NCBI GenBank assembly: GCA_000934665.2
Contig: KZ538064.1
Coordinates: 62,001 to 126,000, forward strand
Length of the DNA: 64,000 nucleotides
DNA from: Catajapyx aquilonaris
Lineage: Eukaryota
Reading direction: 5' to 3'
Position 1 is the stretch's first letter; every line of letters begins with the position of its first letter. Shown here in pieces: positions 1 through 12,699 of the stretch. The notes below the pieces were generated by a model. The model made no database searches. It was not told where the DNA came from and was given only the letters and a program-made list of their open reading frames with translations. A program made the position numbers and the translations under genes.

Positions 1-3000
1 ACTACTTGGAAACTACCCGACGTGGGTACTAAACCCCTTACTCTGTGAGGCTGTTTTCCCGTGAGATTTTGCTCATTGCGCGGAAATTGCGGACTTATAG
101 GGGTACTTCAAATGCCATTGCCAGCAAGCATGCCACTGTTGTTGGCCTCGATTTTGACTTTAAATACATGTATGAACCATTTTCGCCTAATTAACAAGGT
201 TAACTGGCCTATTGTGATTATTTAGTAAGCTACATTAAAACCTAAGTCACATTTTGGTCTAAATTGAGTTAGATATTGTTTAATATAATCCTAGATGCAT
301 ACTTCCTGATGGTCAAATCAGATTTATGCTCAAGAAAAACAGTTCTCTCTTTAAAAATCAATTGTACCATAATTATATAAGGGACAGTAATCTCCAAACT
401 TCAAACCCACATATCACAAAATCAATCAAATATGATTTTGGCCATTTTTCACATTTTTATGGCTTTTATACTTTTTGGTGCTCGTAAAAATTGATCTACT
501 ACATAAGAGAACAAATTGCGATTACACATGGAACTAATGATCGATTCAGACCAAAAGGTGGAGATAACGTGGTTTCCGACAATGCGTAACCCGCACTCTC
601 GCATAAAAAGGGGGGGAACAATCGGATGATGAATATTAAACGCGTTAAGCTCGCACGAACGACTGCAGAGTGCATTAAACACGCTAAATACACTTCTCAA
701 GCACCGTAATTGGTTGCCACTCTATGTGTCACGAACCATGAGACTAATTTACGTGCAACGCGGCCTACAGAAAAATCCATCTAGTGTAACAAATGTACCT
801 TCAGTGACGTCAGGTACCGAGAGAGAGAGAGAGAGGTGGGGGCTGGGGGAGTAGTTTCCTGATAAATGACTTTCGACATTAACCGTGTGGTTCTCCCATA
901 ATTGAACTGATCGATGTCAGCAAACCGGTTCAGGGGAGAGGAGTTAACAAAATGCACACCGTTGGCTTGCCAACATGTGTTGGGCGCGGAATAAACATTA
1001 GAGCAGAGGGGGGGATAATGCGGGGGTGACTCTAAAGGCTGGCGTCAGGATGGGCATCCAAATGTGAAGCATAACAATTACCCCGCCAGATTAATATGGA
1101 TGAATATTAATATGTGAGCAGTGTCGTTCCCCACCATTTATGGATTCTAACCCGGCCTAACTAATAGTTACGATCAAACATTTTCAAGGGGGGTCCGAAT
1201 TTTCAACTGGCACCTTTTCTTAGGGGAAGGGTCCATTGGTCCATCTTCTCTTTAGTGCGCAATTATTTGGCGGATTTACTCCGGCTTCACGCCCGTTTTG
1301 CAGCTATAGGGAGGAGAGGGAGGGAGGATGCACAAAGGGCCAGGGGTAGGAAATTTCAGCAGTATTTCACAGCTTCAAAGTGGACACGGGAACATTTAGG
1401 GGGAGGGAAAGGACCACTTCTGTGGGATACTACCAATTAAAGGAGCAGTGGTCTACAGTGCGCGCCAGATATGAGGAAAATGCATAGGACACATTGCAGC
1501 GACCGGAAGATATGCCACTCAAAAAGTGTTATTAAAACTCTGAAGGACATTAGACAGTCCCCCAAGAACAACTGGCAGTACACGAACTTAATTATCAACA
1601 GAAAGGAACCAGAAATCGCCCATAAATTATCCGCAAGTTTCTCTCCAGCAGCAAGCGGGATCACATTAGCCCTTCCCGACCTGTAACAGGAAGGGGAAGG
1701 GTTTCAAAAAGATTTCGGCGCCTCATTCATAGTCATTGGAATTTACTCCCGCAGAAAACATGCTCTGGGCAACAATTAACCGTGCCAGGGTATAAAAACA
1801 AAGGAGGGCAGCTCAATAAAGGAAGGCGAGCTCAGACAATAAGCGAGAATCGAAGGCAGGTCTCTTCAAGGGAGGTGAGGTGAGGCTTTCTCTCTCTCTC
1901 TGCCTTAGTTGCGCATACATTACTTACGATCTTCTGGTAAAGTTATGGGGAACAGGCAATTAGTGCTTCCCTTTCCCATACCCTCCCTCCCTCCCTCTCT
2001 CTTACCACAATACAACCGAAAGAGGAAACGAGTGATCCTCAGGAGAGGAGGTGCTCGATTCCCGGCCGCATCCCACCCACCAGCCAAGCCCGACCTGCAC
2101 ATTACTATGCTAACATGAGTGATGGAGGGGGGGGGGGNGGGGGCTAAAGATATATACGAGCCGAAAGGCAAATACAAGCGCAGGCTTTAAACGACCCAAT
2201 CAATATGGCATTCCGGGTAACTCATCGACACTTATTCACCGCGCCATGTTCCCCGGCTCTAATGGGCCAACAGAGACGAAGAAATCATCGGGTTTGCAAA
2301 GCCTCTGGAATATTCTCAGAGATTTGCTACAAGTATATAGTGTGGCGGAGTTATTATTTTGCAGACTCTCGGCTCAGTCATGAAATCGCATGCACAAGTT
2401 GTATACGCCAATACGGGCCTCAGCACGCACATAATCCCATCTACACATAAAATGTGGACCTTCCAAAAAAAATTTAGCAAATTTTAAAACCCCTGGGTCG
2501 TATTATTAAAACGCAAATTTACGTGCACAAAGGTAACAATTGAATAGTCATACATGAAGCTGGGGCCTCATTTTTGCTCGTTAGCAAGATCACACGATTG
2601 CATGTGTCGGACTTAGATCGGATGAACAGATTCTCACCTGATATCACACTACATGAAAAATCTGCATTATATTCGCACGAGTGATGATTGTAGGCATTAA
2701 CGCCGAGTGTACCTTGCTTGCTTGGCCCGATGCGATACAGAAAAAAAAAAACACAAACACAACTGCTGGATTTTGAGAAAGATTATCTCTGAGGGTCCTA
2801 ATGTGGGCCAAAGAGGGTCGGTGGCGAGGTTGGACTAATCCCGAGCGGATGCAGCTGCCACGCTAATGAGCCTCGCTACTAATGCAACCATCATTGCAGC
2901 GGGGGTCATTTATGACGAGGGAGGGTTTCATGCCCCCATATCTCCAAAGGTGCTTCCCAGACCAGAAGGCGGAAGCACTACGCATACAGAAGTTCTACAG

Positions 3001-5403
3001 GTTCAGCTGAATAGAGACAAATTGCTTCCCTCAAGACTGGTTCCCTGCCAGTAAGTACGTTTCTTTTAAACCTTGTTAAAGTCGGCGTACATAAAAGTGT
3101 CGAAAACAATACGACGACAATTATTCACATCAGACCGACTAAAAAAAAATCCCCGCTCATCCCTATTGGAAGATTTTCGTTTAACGAATGGAAATAAATC
3201 CGGTTTTACAGTCCCCCTTTTCGTGCCAAGTGACACGATATCCGGAGATACAGTATATGCTGTGAGCCTGCAAAATTTGCTGGGGGACCAATCAAAGTGG
3301 GCTGCTGCTGCTGTAAGTGATCATTCAATGTCCAGGCGGTTGACGACCATCCGAGCAGCAAGCAGAGACTATGAATACGCTTTTTCTCCCCCTATTCGAA
3401 ACAGGAATCGAAACCAGTGGATGCTGGGGAGAAGGGGAGGGGGCAAAAAAAAAAAGAAGCTGCATCCAATCGAAAAACAGGTGCAGGAGAGAAACAAGTC
3501 CAGCTGCTTTGCCCCCACCCAAAAAGAAGAGTGATGAATCTGTGAGGGGTATCCCTGAAGCTTACAGTTTTCGGAACATTCCCTGACATCCAATAGAGTT
3601 CAAACTTCATAAATAGGATGCATCTATCATGACAACTGAAGTGATCTGTCACTTCAATGATGGTAATCTTTTCTGAAGGCTCAACCGGCGGGGGAGCCTC
3701 TGCTGCTGTTCGACCCCCTAGGAAAATCGTATTTCTATTTCTCTCCCTCGAGAGAAAGAAAGAAAGAAAGGGATGGGACGGGAAAAGAAGGGAGGGGAAT
3801 GTCAAGGACAGAAAATCGGAAAATGCCTGGTCCACAAGACGTCCTTCCGCGTGTTATGAAATTCTCCGTTATGATGTACTGTCCGGGACATCAAGTTCCG
3901 AACACTTGTGCATTCTTCGCTTTTTTTTCTGTCCGAAGATTCTTCTGACGACCATCTAACAATGGAGCATTTTTTGCCCCAGATGTGTAAATGCGCGGAA
4001 CACATGGCATGACCGCATGAGCTAGCTACTCTGAATCAATTTCGCAGATAATTTTTCCAGTTGCAACCAGCAGCTCTGTTGCCTTCCGAATAAAACCGAT
4101 GATATATTCGGCCGCGACCTGATCCCAAACCCGCGTCCCATTAACCTCCCGGATCGCTCCCCAGGACCTCTCAACCACAGTAACACCGAAAGCAGGCAGA
4201 AATTATCGCACTGGTAGCGCTTTTTTTCCACCTCTTTCCAAATGTGTGTACACCACATTCTCTCCCCCATATACCCAGCAGCGAGTGAGCTGCCTTTTCT
4301 CCTTTTTTTTCCCAACCCCCCCTTTTTCCTGGGGCGTCAAAACTGCGTCCACATGCTCCCCAATTAATCACCCGGAAGCCACACACCCGATATTACACGG
4401 CCGTCATAGGAGGCCCGCGCAGATTCATCAAGATGTCGTCGAAATGAACGACGCGTGCAGCTAACGCCCCTCCAAATGCTCCGCGTTCCAGGCGCGGCCG
4501 GAAAATGTCATGATACGCCCGGAAAAAGCGGGGGTGGGGGAAGGGGGGATGGAAAAAAACGCAACTAATTGCATGTATCCATTTTAATTGCAGCCTGCTC
4601 AAATTGAGGTAAAAAAATTCCCTCTCGATATGACCGGGGATCAAACTCGGGACTTCAGAAGTTGCAATTTCTGAATTTGGATTGACTACTATTTTAATAT
4701 ATTTATTTCGATCTGGATCTATCCTGGTCTCAGCCGGTTTTGCTCATTTGGTCGCAACTACCACGTGATTGTTTGGGTAATGGTTCATTAAAAATCAATG
4801 GTCTGCGTTACGCCCGCTGGATTTTGAGAGGGGGGGGGGGGAAAGTGGAGGAAAATATAGTGCGCCGCGGCGGTGGCGTCGGCGGCGTCGGAGGCATCAC
4901 ACAGAGCCCAGATTACTGCAATATGTGCGACGCAACCAGGCTCAACAACGGAGGTGGGGGGGATTAGAAATATTACATTACTCCTAATAGTACCATGAAT
5001 ATATTAGCGGAGGTAGTTGTTGATTTTCATAAAATAATAACAGCGGACCGTATAATTAACTTGTAATTTAAATTGGCGAATAATTTTATTTACATTGCTA
5101 ACTGTGGAAATAAAATTACCAGCACCTAATCCACGAGTGGGCTTCCTGCTTTGGTGAGCTGCACTCATCACGGGTGACTAATCAGGTTCAAATTATCTGC
5201 AAAATCCTGCATTTTATTTCTAGTCCTTGATTTCCCCCTGCACATGTTCCTACCCTCAAAAAAAAACCCTGTCCTTTTTAGGCTCGGATTAACCCGAATG
5301 GACACGCCTCTAACCCAGTCCCTTCCGACAGCGGAAAAGAGTTCAAAAAGGAAGCCGCTAGACCCGCACACTTTTTGAAGAACATAGAGAGTTAGTCCGT
5401 CAT

Positions 5404-5408
<5 letters not shown>

Positions 5409-5434
<26 letters not shown>
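5409..5434. repeat. (CT)13 microsatellite
   Basis: Read directly. Confidence 0.9.
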
Positions 5435-5435
<1 letters not shown>

Positions 5436-7328
5436 CCCCTGGAGTGGAGGGTAAAAAAAAACAATAGGAAAAGGAAATATCTGCGCGAGCCGGCAAATCC
5501 CTATGCAAATGGCGAGATGCCACAGTGCCAGCTGCCACTGCCGGGTTTGGAAGGGTTTTTCCGGGTGTTACGAGATGAGGAAGGGAAAAAGGAAAAGTCC
5601 GCTGCCTGGTTGGTTGGTGGTGGTTGGCGGAGTTCCGTGCTCTGCTGCTGTTGCAGGGATGATATATTTCCTTCCTTCGCCGACGGAGCAGACTACTATA
5701 AACCCAAGGCTGGTTCAGGAAACTTTGCTGCTTCAACCCTCAACCCAAAAAAATGTTGTTGCTTGTTTGGGTAGACTACTAGTCTACTAACATTTCAATT
5801 GGAACACCATATGTAACGGTCGGCTTTGTTATCAATCTTTCCTATAGGAGAACAGGCCCGAAAGCGTCAGTTGCATTGCGAGAATTAATTTTAACAGTAG
5901 TGGAAATATTTCATGTTGGTTAAATACATAAAATAAGAATGGCTTTCAGAATGTATCCTAAAGGCATGTAGAACAAACATCGAATATAATTATTATTCTA
6001 AGGTGAGGCTTTGTTCGATATAGAGTTGGAAGCAGCTTACAGTAGAATCTCCTGTTGTTTTCTCCAGCTGTATACAACCTGTTGGCGAACTCGAACTGGC
6101 GGAATGTAATTCAGTAACATTTTAAAACCTACTGAACCACTCTTAACGCTCTTTGTAACAAGGTAGAAGAAACATAGAAATGCAAGGATATCCATTCGTC
6201 CCAAGCCCCCCAAAAAAATCCGCGTAAAAGCCCATTCCGTACATATTATTCGGAATATAAAAAATAGCTCAAAATCCGACTGGAATTCGAACACTTTGCA
6301 TTCATCCAGTCTCTAACGCACATAGTCCCGGCGCTCAAACTATTCTTGTCATTCCTGGAAATGTTCCTTTGATCCCCCTCCCCTGAAGAACCCTGCAAAA
6401 TCCGACCCACTTTTATTTTTATTTTTTTTGGTCCCCTGGCAAGCCTAGAGGATCGAGTGACAACTCCGTCCAGCAATGTCTGGCTGCCTCGCTTTGCTTG
6501 CCTGGCTTTTGATGAGGTAAGCGGTATGTCTGTAAGTTGCGGCCTGACCCCAAGAATGCAGCCTATGGCAGTATAGAGAGGTAGAGAGAGAAGGATCTCC
6601 TCTTCTGGTCCTCTGGCCAGTCCCCGCCAAAACCGAGCTTGTTTGTAAGCGAATTGTGGCAAATAATCCTAGGGGGCTGCGGTAAGCGATAGCAGAATGA
6701 AATGCAATAGCCGCGGCCGCAAAACGTTTTGCGGTTTTCACTTACACACTGTATCCGCACCCAGCGCTTTTCAGGAGGATAACCCATCGACTTTTCCGCA
6801 ACAATGCCTATATGCACACCTAACCCTAACACTTGAGGCTCGTGGAGGAGATGGGTTCGGAAAAATAACTTATAGCCAATAACCCAGCCTCAATGTAGAT
6901 AGTTATTAGCAGTGATGCCCACTACAATGAGCAGCGTACTGCCAAAAAGTTGCTGATACTTCAAATGGTTATCACCAGTGCCTGCCGCTTTGACAAAACT
7001 ATCCGTGCCCGTTTCCATATCTGGGAGAGATGTGGACAAGGAAATATTGTCGCTAACACTTATCCCGCCTCCGGGAAAGGGAGGACTACAGACTGAGATA
7101 ACATCCCATCTCTCCCCTCAATTAACATGCATCTCATGGACGCTTATTAAAATTTCACACCGAAAACACATCGATATGGATAGCAGTCGACAAATGGAGT
7201 GTCAAGTGGAGCCACCGTTTCAAGCGCGATTACGAAAATTGCTTGGGGAGCCATGAATGTAAATTAGACCAGTTGAAAAGGAGGAAGAGATGGGGAGGCA
7301 GGGAAAGAGAGAATAAACTGCTGGAGTG

Positions 7329-7362
7329 GTGTGTGTGTGTGTGTGTATACAGAGAGAGAGAG
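7329..7362. repeat. Compound (GT)n/(GA)n microsatellite
   Basis: Read directly: gtgtgt... followed by agagag... Confidence 0.8.
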
Positions 7363-10300
7363 AAGCTGGAGGCAACAAATTTCTGGTCATCTGATGTAGG
7401 GCTGGGGGAATGACCTCTAAGCACCACTGATATGAACAGCTAAAGGCTCTTGAAATAAACATTGTAATCTTCAGTGTTATTAATCTATTTAAACACATTT
7501 AATGCTACATTAACGCAATGCACATCAAGCTCTTACAGTAGCACTAAGGATTTGTTATGATCAATGTACGTTACCAATGGCACGATTAACCTGAGCGTAT
7601 ATGCAGTTGTTACCGAGACTGGCAGTGGCGTTAGAATGACGTCACACCTAATTACGACGCCATTCCAGCGCTAGTTAAAACCAGGGTAATCACTGCCTCC
7701 GATGAATGGCGTCGATATGTACCCACTTAAACCCGTTGTATGGAAGCGAAAAGGGGGGAAATCTATAATTAAGTACAGGTATTCACAATATACATAATGG
7801 CATATTTTATCCTAAATTGATGTAATGCAATACGCTTTAAATCCCAAACTAATGGACGTTTTATTGCATGTAAGCACAGTATTTAAAATGGGCAGCTTTC
7901 GAGTGCTGCGCTGCTCCAATGCTTAATAAGCCCGTAGCACACCTGAAACTAGTTCGATGAAGCTTAACGTAAACTCCGAACGATAGAGTCGTTGAGCATA
8001 TAAGCAAGAAGTGGTTTTCCGCCAAGTGTAAGTTAATAGAACACAAGACCAATAACTGCTAGGAAGCAGTTGGGATCCGGTACTCGAGGAGAAGTGCAGA
8101 ACTTTTCCCCTTTTGATTAGCTTCCGCACCAGCTTCCTCTCTCTTTCTCTCTCTATATCCTCCCAGGACCTCTAAATGAGTTCGTTGTTAACGTTTCTGG
8201 GCCAGTTCTGCTCGGAAAAAATAGCATTTAACATCCACGGCATATGCGAACAATAGCCCCTTTCACTTTGTCCTGTATTTTTCTGCACTTGTACAAGCAA
8301 TACACTGCGAGTTAAATTGTCCATTGCAGTTGGCGGTATCTCCCATTGCTTACTGCTGACGAACTTCACATACTCCATTGGTAATCTTAGAAGTGATTTA
8401 AACTTTATTTGAAACACCAATTGTGGCATTATATTTCAACTACACTGTGCAGCCTTTAAAATTCAATGCTATAGTTGTTGTTGAACAGCACTACGCACAA
8501 ATTATGCACCGGTGCCTTCCAACCATTTCGAGATAACTTCTTCTAGTCCCATCAGGGCGAACTTGAAAACCTTTTTACTACTACATTTGCAGTAATGTCA
8601 AAAAGTGGCGGCCTGGCATGAAGTGATGTCTTAATCAACAAAATGACCGGAGGAAATTATTTTCCTCCCTCTTGCTTTTTTTTTCTCCCTCTCTCTTTGT
8701 CTCTCTCCACTTCGACAAGTAGGGCTTGGGCGGGTAAGGCCTTTTTTTCGGCGGTAATTTCATTACGACCTGTAATTAGCTTTGCAGCCTGTTGCTCTGA
8801 GCAGATGGAAGAGTGGCCCTGCTGTTGGAATGGCCCATCAAGTCAAATAGAGAAGTGGAGTGGAGAGAAGAAAAAAAAACTTTTCTAGCCAAATTATCAA
8901 GATAGACCCACGACACTAATGCAGTGTGCTAATCACTTAGGAAACAATAACAAGCAAGCCCTCTTTTCATTCCCTCAGGGCACGTTCCACTTGCTGTTCG
9001 GGAGACAAATAATTTTATGCTGGCTTCAGGCATCCGATGGCCACGATCACTGCTAAAGACCTTTTGGGCTCAAGAGACGCAGCTCACGCACGAACATAAT
9101 GAGGGCATCGGGCAGGAATAAGAATGTGCGGCCCCTCTCAACCTCCCCCATACTGTCGGAATCAGAACCAGTAGAGCCAGCTCATTAGTGCAGAGCCCTG
9201 GCAAGGCTGCTTGAGAAGAGTGCGGTTTCCTCAGGTAACAGGTCTAAGGGCCAGAAAAAAAGGAGGGGAAGGGAATGGGAGGGAAGACCGCCAATCCATC
9301 CCAATTTGTTCCGGATTCCAGCCTCAGCCTCCGGGACTTGAAGTAGCAGGCAAGCAAGCATTGCGCCAAGAATACAAAAGCGGAAAGCGCCCTTCGGCAT
9401 CAATCCTTCAGTTATGCCGCAAAGTAACTCCTTCTAACTGTACCTGTAGTTGCCGGGCATATTTTGCGAGCTCCATCCCTTGGCCAACCTACAGTCGACT
9501 TCAATAAGAGGGTTGGAAGGGTCGTGATGCACACTCTAAGGTGCTTATGTAGTGGTGCTTTTGAGTGGAAATGCCCGCAAACAATTGCAGCTGCGCTCGA
9601 ATTAGCCTTTGGAAGCCTTAGACAGGCTTAAGTCTCTCATTGTTTAAAAATTGTCCCTTTGCGTTCATTAAAAAAAATTTCAGTAGTGAAAAATTACGTC
9701 CGATACTCTCTGGATTCACTTGATGGAGGTTTGTCAACGCCTCTTTTTTTTCTCTCTCACGCTCAAAACATTCCGCTCCGTATTTTTCACTGGTAACTAC
9801 AACCGAGCCAGCAGGTGCTCTTCCGATCCCCCGGAAAATAAAGCGGGCCAGCTCGCAACATCACAGAACAAATGGGCCGGCGAGGTGACTGCCATTTCCG
9901 ACACCTCGCAACTTTTCGACTTATTACAAATTGGCGAATCTCACCCCCCCCCCCTTTCGACCAGTAGCTGCTTAATTTCCGCTCCTTTTCTTTTTTTCGA
10001 AGGGGGAAAAAAATTGGGGAGTAAGATTGAGAGCTATTTTTTTTTCTTCTTCTTGAGTTTGGTGTGACGAGGGTTAGGCCGAAACGTGACTGGAATCGTG
10101 CTTAGCGAGTCGGGTGAAGGATTATGTGGGCAGGAGGTTGCTATTGGACCATGTAATTGCGGGATTTGACTATCGATTGCGATATGGAAAAGGCTAAGAG
10201 TGGGAAAGTGTGTACTTCGATGGTGTACACGTGCGCAGATTTCTTTTTGTAAACACACAACCGGGCCTAAAACAATTGGGGCAGGACTTTCGATTCTTGA

Positions 10301-12485
10301 CCTCTCTCAGTTGGTGGGATCCAGCGAGAGTGGTCAATCAGCAGTGGACCATAAGGCCGCAAAATGACGCTGATTAGCCAGCAGGACTTCCGATGGCATT
10401 GCGGAATGCTGTGCAACCATTCGGTTTTCGCACCAATGGTAGTACCAGCCAGGTTGGCAAACGAACCAGGGGCTGTGCCACATCTACCGTTCAACTACTG
10501 TGACACCAACCAGCGTGTTGTGTCCGACCAAACAATATTAAAAAATTGATAAGTTTCTTCCTGAAATTCGGTCGGCCTATACATGCAGCCAGTCGATAAA
10601 TATATCGCAAAATCAATTTTCAGAACGAAGCAACACTTTATAGATTTTTGGATGTGGAACGGACCAATGTAGAGGTTTGTACTGGTTTGTACTTCACGCC
10701 CCGATGAATCAATCGAGTGTTGAACCAAAATATTGTTTTCTCCGTTCGAACAGTTCAGCTCTAAATTTAGAGTGAAATTGCTGTTGTGGGTGGGCACAGG
10801 TGGCATAAAATAATATATGCGCGCGGGTGGTGAGCCGCGCTTAATCGCTCTCGCAAAGCCAAAAAATAAAAACCCCCCAACCAAAATCATCGAATGGCAG
10901 TCACGCGGATGATCCTTATTGTTCTGCCAATTATTGCCCGTGTTTTTAATGCGATGTTACGTCAGAAACCCACGTACAGGATTATCCGCACGTGTCTGAA
11001 ACCCTCTGACACGTTATTCCTGTGTGCATGTATTTAAAAAAATATATACTTTGTACCAATACTTTGTACCAACTCTGCTCAATTCGATCAACGTGATTCG
11101 ACACATGCGGTCGAACGACACTGTCAGCCACTTACCTTTTCGCTGGAAATTCGATCACTTGTTGTGTCATGCCGATGTAAACGTGTAGTTGGCCTTGAAG
11201 TTACTTAAAGAAGACTCCATCTCCCTTCAATTTTTTAAAATGTTCAGGATGCGTCTGCAGATCATTTTTGAATTATTTGGTATCTTAGCCAGCAGTTATT
11301 GATGACAATTTTGAGAGATGTCGATAGAAGTTTCCGATACTCACCGGTGAACATATGCGGTGGCTCGAGGTGCAGGCAACGGAAATCCCAGCACTGAAAT
11401 AAAACGGAGCTGGAATTAAATTGATAGTGATGGTGCGGTCCTCCAAATGAAACTAGATCGCTCTCAGGGACGGGTAACATTTCATTTTGGCTCGCCTTAT
11501 TCCTCACTGCTTCCCTTCGCATTTAGGTAATTTTCACTTTCTTCACCCTGATTTCTTTCCCTTTTTTTTAAAAACAAAAAAAAAGTCCCTCCCTCCCTCC
11601 TCCATCCTTCTCTGCAAGGGACGATCCCTCATCCTTTACCCTCAGCTTCACTTTGTTCTGCAGCTCTTCTATCGGCTTCTGGTTGGCAACCCCCGCCGAT
11701 TCATTAGCGGCACATGTCGTCAATCATACAAAAGACGCGAGGCAACGCCATGGAGGAAATTACAAACTCCCCCATCTCTCCCTCCCTTTCTCAGCACCAT
11801 CTCCCAAGCCTCCTTTAGAACCCGCAACCGATCGATCAAATAACACTTCCCCCTCCTCCTCCTCCCACCACCACCAACGTTACAATGTGTATTCTCATGC
11901 TAATGAAACGAGCAATTATATTTTATCAGGCTGGTCCATCGATCACGCCAACTTTCGCGGCCAGATGTTCCCTCCAATGCACCTTTGTATAAGCCGCGAC
12001 CTCAAGACAACTGGGTTACCTCCCAGTCATAATGAAACGTCTACCTCTCCTCTCTTCTGTCTAGAAGAGCTGCCATGCAGTATTCTTCCCTTGGCTTTTT
12101 TATTTCTTCTTCTTCTTCCCCCCCNAAGAAAAGGCCCTCCAGGCAAGATATCCAACTCCGCGCATTCCGCCCGCCATAATGAAAGGACTAACGTACATTA
12201 TACGGGACGTTGGGAAAGAATATACTCGCCTTGGGAACGTAATGACATTACATTATTCGTACCAGAACCTCAATGCAGTACCCTCAGGGCTTAATAAAAT
12301 TTATTGGAATATCCGGAACGTTCACGGGGGGCCTTCCATCCGGATTTTGGCCCCCCCTTCTTCTTCATCATCCACTACTTGAAGTCATGTTTTCCTCATC
12401 TAAGATTTTCAAGTTCAATCGAAATACCTTCAATAGAAAAATGGGAACGAGACAACAATTAATGTAAAAAATGATTTGTGTTTTT

Positions 12486-12491
12486 TTTATT
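12486..12491 (-). terminator. Candidate polyadenylation signal for MCMBP
   Basis: AATAAA on the minus strand about 80 nt after the stop; a second AATAAA at 12300..12305. Confidence 0.5.
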
Positions 12492-12572
12492 AAATGCCAG
12501 CATACAGTGGTCCCATATTGTTCCTTCTTCTTGACACCCTGTAGCTCAACGTCATCCGAGGCTTCGGTCAAT

Positions 12573-12699
12573 TTACTGTCGGGATGTCGTCGTCGTCGTA
12601 GGGGAAGAAAGTCTGGATTTTCGGTCCCTCTCTAATTTCTTCGCTTCCTGCCACGTTTCCAAACTTAACGTCTTCTCCCCGCGACTAAGGGACAACAGC
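12573..12699 (-). CDS. MCMBP: MCMBP terminal coding exon 12 ([41 protein letters not shown])
   Basis: Acceptor TTTCCAG, phase 2; stop TAA at 12575..12573; resembles the MCMBP C-terminal LSLSxGxxxLSxExWxxAKxLE. Confidence 0.93.

Noticed and set aside
1791..1885. TATAAAA followed by a possible splice donor
   Set aside because: No properly spaced initiator and no downstream exon identified.
2127..2143. Poly-G run containing an N (another N at 12125)
   Set aside because: Homopolymer assembly ambiguity rather than biology.
6717..6734. 18-bp palindrome CCGCAAAACGTTTTGCGG (also an 8-bp-arm palindrome at 5771..5787)
   Set aside because: Arms of 8-9 bp are within chance expectation for 64 kb.
11653..12294. 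213-aa plus-strand ORF
   Set aside because: Non-ATG start, low complexity, contains an N, no homology recognised.
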